Assembly (NCBI GenBank): GCA_027533395.1
Contig: JAPZUF010000004.1
Span: 205,304-237,303 of the forward strand
Reading direction: 5' to 3'
DNA from: Cyclobacteriaceae bacterium
Lineage (GTDB): Bacteria > Bacteroidota > Bacteroidia > Cytophagales > Cyclobacteriaceae
Length of the DNA stretch: 32,000 nucleotides
This document shows, in pieces, positions 1-7,158 of this stretch (position 1 is its first letter; every line of letters begins with the position of its first letter). The position numbers were made by a program, and so were the translations under genes. The notes below the pieces were generated by a model. It worked only from the letters and a program-made list of their open reading frames with translations, had not been told where the DNA came from and did no database searches.

Positions 1-235
1 GGTAAGCCGGCTTGGTTAAAAACTGATAACCCCCGGCTGCCTTATTAAGCATGAAAGAGAATTCCTCAGCTGAAAATTTACTTTCAATTCTTTCGATGGC
101 ACCTTTAATATCTTCTTCGGGTACTTCGGCACCAAACATTTCCGATAAGCAAGCTTGTATATCGGATACTTTAACGGGTGAAGGTGCGCAGAAAATGAGC
201 GCTTCTACATGATTTTGAAGGAAATCCACAGGCAA
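1..235 (-). CDS. scpB: Segregation and condensation protein B (ScpB), N-terminal part; the gene runs off the left edge
   Basis: My minus-strand translation gives LPVDFLQNHVEALIFCAPSPVKVSDIQACLSEMFGAEVPEEDIKGAIERIESKFSAEEFSFMLNKAAGGYQFLTKPAY. The EALIF...P and GGYQ(F)LTKP motifs are typical of ScpB. An in-frame TAA lies just upstream, so the start is probably TTG at 235 or GTG at 229. The ORF is absent from the track because it is truncated. Confidence 0.6.
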   Translation of the reverse strand, partial: MPVDFLQNHVEALIFCAPSPVKVSDIQACLSEMFGAEVPEEDIKGAIERIESKFSAEEFSFMLNKAAGGYQFLTKPAY

Positions 236-302
236 TAATTTTGACGCAATTTACAGTTTTATTATCGTTTTGTGCTCATACAAAAGCTGCAAATCTGAAT
301 GA

Positions 303-333
303 CTATAAAAAAAGCTGCCCAAAGAGCAGCTTT
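303..333 (-). terminator. Intrinsic terminator downstream of the DksA-like gene
   Basis: Stem AAAGCTGC / GCAGCTTT (311-318 / 326-333) with a 7-nt loop. On the minus strand it is followed by a T-run (the A-run at 303-310 on plus). Confidence 0.6.
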
Positions 334-359
334 AATAAAAAATTTAGATTTTTTTGATA

Positions 360-1136
360 TTAGTCTTGTTGTTGCATTTTCGCCTCGATAGACTGTGTTG
401 TGTGTGGCACGGCCATCAATCTTTCTTTAGAAATCAATTTACCGGTTACTGAACAAATGCCATATGTTCCGTTTTTAATGCGCACTAAGGCATTTTCTAA
501 GTTAGTAATGTATTTCTGCTGGCGAGCAGCTAATTGGCTCATGTTTTCTTTTTCAGCTGTTTCAGCGCCATCTTCTAACACTTTTGTGTTGCCACCAGAT
601 GTTGAATCTGTGCCTTCGTCATTGTTTCTATTCAAAGTATCCTTAAGGATTTTGTATTCGTTTTTAGCTTTATCTAACTTCTGGTTGATTAAAACCTCAA
701 ACTCTTTTAACTCTTCATCGGAATAACGAGTGCGATTATCTGTTGAAGAAGTTGTGCCTTGTGCAGGTTTATGGGCAATAGGTCTTTGTTGTGGTGTGTT
801 TGGAAACATAGTTAATGAAACAGGTGCAGATTTTGGCTTAATAACAACAGGTTGCTCTGCAATTTCTTTTTTAACAACCTCCGCTTTTTTTACAGGCTTT
901 GATGGCTTGGCAACAGGCTTAGTAACCACCTTTTTGGCAGGAGCCGCTGCGGCAACTTTTTTAGCTGGTGCTTTCGCAGTTGTTTTTTTAGCTACCGGTT
1001 TAGCTGTTTTGGATTTGGCAGGAGCTGCTTTTTTAACTGCCTTTACTGCTTTGGCAGGTTTGGCTGCCTTCTTAGGAGCAGATTTGGCGTTGCTTTTTCC
1101 AGCCTTGGGGCTTGCCTTTTTGGTTGACTTAGCCAT
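360..1136 (-). CDS. DksA/TraR-family protein with a long lysine/alanine-rich (histone H1-like) N-terminal extension
   Basis: 258-aa ORF. The C-terminal half has a DksA-like coiled coil and a degenerate finger, NGTYGICSVTGKLISKERLMAVPHTTQSIEAK, the one-Cys form common in Bacteroidota. The first ~95 residues are K/A/P/V low complexity. The two plus-strand ORFs over the same DNA are antisense artefacts. Confidence 0.8.
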   Translation of the reverse strand: MAKSTKKASPKAGKSNAKSAPKKAAKPAKAVKAVKKAAPAKSKTAKPVAKKTTAKAPAKKVAAAAPAKKVVTKPVAKPSKPVKKAEVVKKEIAEQPVVIKPKSAPVSLTMFPNTPQQRPIAHKPAQGTTSSTDNRTRYSDEELKEFEVLINQKLDKAKNEYKILKDTLNRNNDEGTDSTSGGNTKVLEDGAETAEKENMSQLAARQQKYITNLENALVRIKNGTYGICSVTGKLISKERLMAVPHTTQSIEAKMQQQD

Positions 1137-1261
1137 ATGAGGTGTTGGTTAAAATTTGCGCAAAATTACGTTTGTAGGCTTCAAAACAAAAAGATATTCA
1201 AAAAATATCCCGTTCAACAAAATTTAATTAAGCAAAACCTATTTTTTACTAATGTTACAAC

Positions 1262-2281
1262 ATGAAACACCTTTCCTTAATTTTAATTGTTTTGGTAATG
1301 GCATGTAATGCTAAACCAGAAAAAGTAGAAGAATTAAAGCCCGGTCCGATTACGTTGGTTATTCATGGTGGTGCGGGCACAATCAGAAAAGCTAACATGA
1401 CGCCTGAAAAGGAAGCAGCCTATCATGCAGCTTTAAAACAAGCTTTAGACAGTGGTTATGCAGTATTAAAAAGAGGTGGTAAAAGCACTGATGCTGTGAT
1501 AACAGCTATCAAAATAATGGAAGATTCACCACTCTTTAATGCCGGAAAAGGCGCTGTTTTTACAAATGAGGAGAAAAATGAACTCGATGCAGCGATAATG
1601 GATGGTAGCAATTTGATGGCCGGAGCAGTGGCAGGCGTTACTACTATTAAAAACCCAATAACAGCTGCTTATGCGGTTATGACACAATCGGAACATGTGA
1701 TGATGGTAGGAAAAGGAGCAGAACAATTCGCTCAATTGAATGGAGTGGAGCTAGTAGATCCCTCTTATTTCTTTGATTCCGCCCGTTATAAAGCCTTATT
1801 GAAAGCAAAACAAAGTGAGAAAGACAAAGCCGCCATGCTTTACGACCCTTACACAAGAGATACTAAGTTTGGAACAGTAGGAGCTGTAGCCTTAGACCAA
1901 TATGGAAACTTAGCTGCAGGAACTTCAACAGGAGGAATGACCAACAAAAGATTCGGACGCGTGGGCGATGCACCGATTATTGGTGCCGGAACTTACGCTA
2001 ACAACCAAACTTGCGCCATTTCAGCAACCGGTTGGGGCGAATATTTTATCAGACTGAATGTGGCGCACGATGTTGCTGCCTTAAAAGGCTATGCCGGACT
2101 TACTGTGCAACAAGCAGCGGATAGCGTAGTGATGAAAAAATTACCGGCATTAGGTGGCGATGGCGGTATTATCGCATTAGACAGACAAGGAAACTTTGCT
2201 TTAACATTTTGCACGGAAGGCATGTATAGAGGATATGTTAATGAAAAAGAAGGAGCGAAAACTTTTATCTATAAAGATTAA
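1262..2281 (+). CDS. iaaA: Isoaspartyl peptidase / L-asparaginase (Ntn hydrolase, plant-type asparaginase family), probable lipoprotein
   Basis: 339-aa ORF with LVIHGGAG, NAGKGAV and the autoprocessing site DTKFG-TVGAVALD (Thr nucleophile). N-terminal signal with lipobox LVMAC. Confidence 0.85.
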   Translation: MKHLSLILIVLVMACNAKPEKVEELKPGPITLVIHGGAGTIRKANMTPEKEAAYHAALKQALDSGYAVLKRGGKSTDAVITAIKIMEDSPLFNAGKGAVFTNEEKNELDAAIMDGSNLMAGAVAGVTTIKNPITAAYAVMTQSEHVMMVGKGAEQFAQLNGVELVDPSYFFDSARYKALLKAKQSEKDKAAMLYDPYTRDTKFGTVGAVALDQYGNLAAGTSTGGMTNKRFGRVGDAPIIGAGTYANNQTCAISATGWGEYFIRLNVAHDVAALKGYAGLTVQQAADSVVMKKLPALGGDGGIIALDRQGNFALTFCTEGMYRGYVNEKEGAKTFIYKD

Positions 2282-2311
2282 TGAAAGACTTTTCCTTTAA
2301 GTACTAAGAAT

Positions 2312-2343
2312 AAAAAAAGCGATCGTTTCAGATCGCTTTTTTT
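2312..2343. terminator. Bidirectional intrinsic terminator between convergent genes
   Basis: Stem GCGATC / GATCGC (2319-2324 / 2331-2336) with loop GTTTCA. An A-run lies on the 5' side and a T-run on the 3' side, so it can terminate both strands. Confidence 0.75.
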
Positions 2344-2360
2344 GTAAAGAAACATTTAGC

Positions 2361-2978
2361 TTATGCTGGTTTCCATTTAATGGTGCAACCTATTGCTTTA
2401 GTTTTTTCTGTTGGCACTGTTTTGCCTGCAATCAATGCATCAACGGCATCTTCTACATATTTTTTGTCAGCGGCAGCAGCATCTCTTGAATTGTTATCGA
2501 TAGCACCGATATAGGCTACTTTAAAATCTTTTCCACTCTTATTTAAAACATAAACATGTGGAGTGTTAGTAGCTCCATAATTCTTAGCTACTTCCTGTGT
2601 TTCATCGAACAAGTATGGGAAAGTGTAACCTTTAGCTTTAGCATACTTCACCATTTCATCGAAAGAGTCGCCCGGAGAAACTTCAGGAGAATTAGAGTTG
2701 ATTGCGATAACAGGATAAGTTTTTTCATACTTTTTAGCCAAGGCTAAAATTCTATCGTTGTAAGCTTTTGAGTACGGGCAAGTGTTACAATCGAAAATGA
2801 TAATTGCACCTTTAGCAGATTTAAAATCAGCCAGCGATACCATTTTGCCATCAACGTTTTTCAATTTGAAATCAGCGACAGCATCGCCTACACCATAACC
2901 CGTTGGTTTAGCAGCAGATAACAATACAGCAATTGCAAAAAGCAAAGCTGAGGTTTTTAGATAGTTCATCTTTTTCAT
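2361..2978 (-). CDS. Secreted thioredoxin-fold (redoxin/AhpC-TSA-like) protein with an atypical CNTC motif
   Basis: 205-aa ORF with a signal peptide and IIIFDCNTCPYS at the position of the thioredoxin CxxC. The overall pattern resembles TlpA/redoxin proteins. Confidence 0.7.
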   Translation of the reverse strand: MKKMNYLKTSALLFAIAVLLSAAKPTGYGVGDAVADFKLKNVDGKMVSLADFKSAKGAIIIFDCNTCPYSKAYNDRILALAKKYEKTYPVIAINSNSPEVSPGDSFDEMVKYAKAKGYTFPYLFDETQEVAKNYGATNTPHVYVLNKSGKDFKVAYIGAIDNNSRDAAAADKKYVEDAVDALIAGKTVPTEKTKAIGCTIKWKPA

Positions 2979-2988
2979 GGATTTATAT

Positions 2989-3456
2989 TTATTTTACAGT
3001 TGCTATAAGTTTTTCGAGTTCTCCTTCTTTTAATTCGTGTTGTACAAATATACGTTTTCCGGTTTGTGGGTTATAGACCAACGTTGCCGGGATGGCTCCT
3101 TCCCATGAAGAATCAACTTTATCAATCCAAGAATTGTAATCTATTTCATCTAAAAGGATAACTGAACTTTTCATGTTTTTTCTTGAAAGAAAACTTTCAA
3201 CCTTGTCTACCTTATCAGCATAATCAAGGCTTACTAAAGTAACTTTAACTGCGTTATCGTTTAAATGAACAGCTTCAAACTGGGGTAACTCTTTGATACA
3301 GGGGCCGCACCAGGTAGCCCAAAAATTGATTACTTGTACGGGACCGTGCTTTTGATTGATTAATATATTTAAAGCATCCCATTTTACAACAGGAACCTGC
3401 GCTTTAACCAAAAAGCTTGGAGCAAGGAAAAGAACAGATAAAAAGAGTTTTTTCAT
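2989..3456 (-). CDS. TlpA-family thiol:disulfide oxidoreductase (secreted thioredoxin-like)
   Basis: 155-aa ORF with a signal peptide and the canonical FWATWCGPCIKELP active site. Confidence 0.8.
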   Translation of the reverse strand: MKKLFLSVLFLAPSFLVKAQVPVVKWDALNILINQKHGPVQVINFWATWCGPCIKELPQFEAVHLNDNAVKVTLVSLDYADKVDKVESFLSRKNMKSSVILLDEIDYNSWIDKVDSSWEGAIPATLVYNPQTGKRIFVQHELKEGELEKLIATVK

Positions 3457-3557
3457 GTTAGATGCAACGCTAAAGTAGCTTAATTTGGTTCAGCAAAAGT
3501 CAAGCATTATGCCAATATCAAAAAGTATGATTTTAACGGTATTTTTAACAGAAAAAC

Positions 3558-3664
3558 TTTTCCACATTTTTGAAGAGTTTTCCACATTAAGTAAAGGTTA
3601 ACCATTAAATAATTGATTATCAATATTTTAAATGCTTGTTTTTGATGTGGAGGTTTGTGGACAA
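3558..3664. promoter_or_regulatory. Cluster of four DnaA-box-like 9-mers in an AT-rich divergent intergenic region
   Basis: TTTTCCACA at 3558-3566 and again at 3578-3586 (plus strand, 20 bp apart). TGTGGAGGT at 3646-3654 and TGTGGACAA at 3656-3664 read as ACCTCCACA and TTGTCCACA on the minus strand, 10 bp apart. Against TTATCCACA they carry 1, 1, 3 and 1 mismatches. Confidence 0.45.
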
Positions 3665-3751
3665 CTTAAATGTTTAATTTTTGATGCATAAAATTCAACA
3701 TCGTAAATCTCAGACTTTCAGCTTTGTACAACGAATAATTTTTTAGCTGCC

Positions 3752-4696
3752 ATGAGCACCAAAAGAATCCAACAACTTTTCAACATTCAATATCCCATCA
3801 TTCAAGCTGGTATGGTTTGGTGTTCGGGTTGGCGACTAGCCTCTGCCGTTAGCGAAGCCGGGGGTTTGGGTATCATCGGTGCAGGCAGCATGCATCCGGA
3901 AACGCTACAATTGCATATTAAAAAATGTAGAGAAGCCACAACAAAACCCTTTGCTGTCAATGTTCCTTTGCTTTATCCTGAAATGGATACCATCATGCGA
4001 ATTTTAAAAGATGAAAAAGTTCCGATTGTATTTACTTCTGCCGGAAATCCAAATACTTGGACTGCCTTTTTAAAAGATGCAGGCATTACAGTTGTGCATG
4101 TAGTGAGCAGTGTAAAGTTTGCGATGAAAGCTGAACAAGCCGGAGTAGATGCGGTGGTTGCAGAAGGCTTTGAAGCAGGAGGTCATAATGGAAGAGAAGA
4201 AACGACAACTTTAGTTTTATTGCCATTAGTAAGAGAAGCTATTTCAATTCCATTACTTGCTGCCGGAGGAATAGCAAGCGGCAAAGCTATGTTAGCAACA
4301 GAAGCATTAGGTGCAGAAGGATTTCAAATTGGAAGTTTGTTTGCAGCTAGCCAGGAATCATCTGCACACGAAAATTTTAAACAAAAAATTGTGGCTGCGA
4401 ATGAAGGCGATACTTTATTGTTGATGAAAGAAGTAACACCGGTGCGATTACTTAAAAATAAATTTTTCGATGATGTGTTAACAGCAGAAAAAAGTGGTGC
4501 GAGCAAAGAAGAATTGATACAATTGTTAGGCAAACGCAGAGCAAAAGCCGGCATGTTTGAAGGAGACATGATTGAAGGAGAGTTAGAAATAGGACAAGTG
4601 GCTGCAGGTATAAAAAAAGTTAAACCAGCTGCAGAAATTGTAAATGAAATTTGGAACGAATATTTAGTAGCAAAGAGGGAACTCTTAAAAGATTAA
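3752..4696 (+). CDS. Nitronate monooxygenase-family NAD(P)H-dependent flavin oxidoreductase (FabK-like enoyl-ACP reductase II family)
   Basis: 314-aa ORF. YPIIQAGMVWCSGWRLASAVSEAGGLGIIGAG and EGFEAGGHNG are TIM-barrel FMN-binding motifs of the NMO/FabK family. Confidence 0.8.
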   Translation: MSTKRIQQLFNIQYPIIQAGMVWCSGWRLASAVSEAGGLGIIGAGSMHPETLQLHIKKCREATTKPFAVNVPLLYPEMDTIMRILKDEKVPIVFTSAGNPNTWTAFLKDAGITVVHVVSSVKFAMKAEQAGVDAVVAEGFEAGGHNGREETTTLVLLPLVREAISIPLLAAGGIASGKAMLATEALGAEGFQIGSLFAASQESSAHENFKQKIVAANEGDTLLLMKEVTPVRLLKNKFFDDVLTAEKSGASKEELIQLLGKRRAKAGMFEGDMIEGELEIGQVAAGIKKVKPAAEIVNEIWNEYLVAKRELLKD

Positions 4697-4753
4697 CAAT
4701 TTTGATAATACAAACTTTATAAATATTTGATTTCAAATGTTTCTTCAAAAAAA

Positions 4754-4779
4754 TAGTCCACGACTTTAATCGCGGACTA
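4754..4779. terminator. Palindromic hairpin terminator, copy A of a repeated element (see 19514-19539)
   Basis: TAGTCCACGA-CTTTAA-TCGCGGACTA, with an A-run upstream (4745-4753) and a T-rich stretch downstream. It sits between two convergent genes. Confidence 0.6.
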
Positions 4780-4856
4780 TATATTTTTAATAAAAGTATT
4801 TTAAAACTACTAGATGAATGACTTTTTCTTCCTTTTATTAATCATCTGAATTCAAT

Positions 4857-7061
4857 CTAAAAACTAGCGCTAACACTCACAAAAAATGTTCTTCCGTTTG
4901 CCGGCAAAATACCTGGCCCTGGATAACCACTTGCTCTGCGTGTTGCGTAAATTTCATCGGTAAAATTATTTACTCCTCCTCTAACAGAATATTGTGGTGT
5001 AATAAAGAAAGTGAAAGCAGCATCCCACACTCTGTAACCCGGTAACAGGCCAACTGTTGCGGCTGGATTTGGCAAAATGGTATTGGCTGCATCGGTAAAC
5101 ACACGTCCTGTTTCGCTTACTTGCAAGGTGGCCGAAAATCTTTTGTTAGTATAGGTAGAACCAATGCGAGTGATGTGTTCAGGTGCGTTTTCAACTCTTT
5201 TGCCGGAAATTGATTTTGTTATATCATTAGCTAAAAAAGGATTATTCCAACTCAGGTATCGCGAACTGTTTCTGGAAACTGAACTGAAGAATGTGAAAGA
5301 ACCGGCTTTTTCTAATTTTAATAGTTTGAACACATCTGCTTCAACAAACATTTCTATACCTTGACTTCGCGATTCACCAACATTTGTTTTTAACAATACT
5401 GAGCCTTCTCTAAATTGGCCGATTCTGTTGTTGTATCTTAAATAATACACACTTACATCGAAGTTGATACCGATTGGTAAATTTCCTCTATAACCAAAGT
5501 CTGCATTGTAACCATCCGCATCTTGCAAATTGGGATCAATCACTTCAGTAGTAGCAGAGGGTGTTAAGTCGGCAAAAGTAACGGGCCTGTATGCCTGGCT
5601 GAAATTACCATAAAACTCCATGTGCTTACCAACATGATATTCCGAACCGATGCCGAATAAAACTAAATTCTGTGTGCGAGATTGGTTTACTTCATCTAGC
5701 GGAGAAGCTTGTCTGTATCCAACACCACTTTGTTCTATTCTTTCGATGCGAACTCCCGGAATAATTTGCAGGTTTTTACCGATAGCAAAAAGTTGTTCAG
5801 CATATAGGGCATAGTTATTGGTAACAAATTCTAATTGACGAGCCCAGCGTTTTCCATTTGCGTCTTCAATAATACTAAAATCAAAATCGCTGCTTCTGGT
5901 TCCTCTTCCATTTTGGTGGCGATTGGTTTGCCCACGGTAGGCGCGAATACCGGCAGTAAAAGTTTGCTTCTGGTCCATCCAAATAAAATCGTGTAATAAA
6001 CGGGTCTCAGTTCCAATATTGAAATAGTAATCGCGATCTACCTGGCGTGGACTGAAACTGTTAGTGACTGTGTTAAATGTATCCTTTACAAAGATGTCGT
6101 TTACGAAACCTACACTATTTCTCTCAGCAACCGTAGTAAATACTTTTGTGTTGATGCGTGTGTTTTCGCTGATTTGAAAATCTCCTGTTACAGCTATAAC
6201 ATTCCACGGAGTGCCAAACCAGTTTCTATATCTGGTTGACTGACGTGCATCAGTTTTAAATTGTTCATCTGTTAAACCTCCTGGCTGTTGGCTCTCGTAA
6301 TTCATATTAGTGTACTGAAAACCAAGTTTTATCTTGCTAGTGGCTTGATAAGAAATAGACAAATATCCTGTATTGGTTTGGTAGCGACTGTTAGTACGCC
6401 AACCATCCGCACTGCGATGATGGAAAAATGCGTAGTAAGAAAGTTTTTTGTTTACGCCACCAATTGCGTTAAAAGAGTTGAATAAGCCATAAGAACCAAC
6501 TGTTTGCTGCGATTCAAAAGAAAACTTTTTAGTGCCAAGTTGCTCCTTGATGACATAGTTTAATAAACCTCCAAACTGCGGACCGTTTTGCAAACTGGCT
6601 GCACCTCTTACAATTTCTATTCTGGATAAAGCTTCTGTTGGTGGTGTATAATATGCTTCGGGATAACCAAAAACTTCTGAACTTATATCATATCCATTTT
6701 GGCGCACATTAAACTCCCACGAACGATTCGGGCTTAAACCACGTGTTGAAACACTGGTTTGTATGCCAGAGCCATCATTTTCCCAAACCATTACACCCGG
6801 CACTCGCGCAAAAATTTGTCTGGAGTTGTTAATTGATAAATCGGCATTTAGACTTTCAATGCTGATTATTTCGTTTTTTTTACCTGAAAATATCTGTGTT
6901 CCTTCTACTTCTGGCATTCTGCCCAAAGGGTAGGAGGATTTTTTACCAAATACCTTTATTTCTTCCAATTCAAATGTTTTTACAGTATCTGAAAATTGAT
7001 TTTGGGCTATTGCGCTCGAGGCAACCGCAAAAAATAAAACAGCGAGTATATACTTTTTCAT
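4857..7061 (-). CDS. TonB-dependent outer-membrane receptor (siderophore-receptor-like class)
   Basis: 734-aa ORF with a signal peptide, a plug domain (RIEIVRGAASLQNGPQFGGLLNYV), a long beta-barrel and a C-terminal aromatic residue (...SVSASF). Confidence 0.85.
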   Translation of the reverse strand: MKKYILAVLFFAVASSAIAQNQFSDTVKTFELEEIKVFGKKSSYPLGRMPEVEGTQIFSGKKNEIISIESLNADLSINNSRQIFARVPGVMVWENDGSGIQTSVSTRGLSPNRSWEFNVRQNGYDISSEVFGYPEAYYTPPTEALSRIEIVRGAASLQNGPQFGGLLNYVIKEQLGTKKFSFESQQTVGSYGLFNSFNAIGGVNKKLSYYAFFHHRSADGWRTNSRYQTNTGYLSISYQATSKIKLGFQYTNMNYESQQPGGLTDEQFKTDARQSTRYRNWFGTPWNVIAVTGDFQISENTRINTKVFTTVAERNSVGFVNDIFVKDTFNTVTNSFSPRQVDRDYYFNIGTETRLLHDFIWMDQKQTFTAGIRAYRGQTNRHQNGRGTRSSDFDFSIIEDANGKRWARQLEFVTNNYALYAEQLFAIGKNLQIIPGVRIERIEQSGVGYRQASPLDEVNQSRTQNLVLFGIGSEYHVGKHMEFYGNFSQAYRPVTFADLTPSATTEVIDPNLQDADGYNADFGYRGNLPIGINFDVSVYYLRYNNRIGQFREGSVLLKTNVGESRSQGIEMFVEADVFKLLKLEKAGSFTFFSSVSRNSSRYLSWNNPFLANDITKSISGKRVENAPEHITRIGSTYTNKRFSATLQVSETGRVFTDAANTILPNPAATVGLLPGYRVWDAAFTFFITPQYSVRGGVNNFTDEIYATRRASGYPGPGILPANGRTFFVSVSASF

Positions 7062-7091
7062 ATTTATTTAGACTTATTACAAATAATGCCG

Positions 7092-7122
7092 CAAACCTAA
7101 GTCTGAACTTGAATCAAGTCAA
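7092..7122 (-). promoter_or_regulatory. Candidate Bacteroidota sigma-A promoter of the TonB-dependent receptor, with an overlapping palindrome
   Basis: The minus strand reads cTTG-N20-TAGGTTTG, matching the -33 TTTG / -7 TAnnTTTG consensus. It lies about 30 nt upstream of the ATG at 7061. The 13-bp palindrome ACTTGAATCAAGT (7107-7119) lies mainly in the spacer, its upstream end immediately abutting the -33 TTG (7120-7122). Confidence 0.4.
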
Positions 7123-7158
7123 GTATTATTTAAAATTAATCTAAATAAATGCAAAACC

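Noticed and set aside
400-1140. Two plus-strand ORFs (400..726, 108 aa; 730..1140, 136 aa) opposite the DksA-like gene.
   Set aside because: They are antisense shadows of a repetitive GCN/AAR-rich gene. The products are low-complexity A/L/F/G strings with no motifs, whereas the minus-strand frame has a recognisable DksA/TraR domain.
3457-3751. Calling this intergenic region the chromosomal origin (oriC).
   Set aside because: Only four DnaA-box-like sites are present, one of them weak. There is no obvious repeated AT-rich 13-mer DUE, and I cannot compute genome-scale GC skew from a 32-kb window. I report it as a candidate DnaA-binding cluster only.
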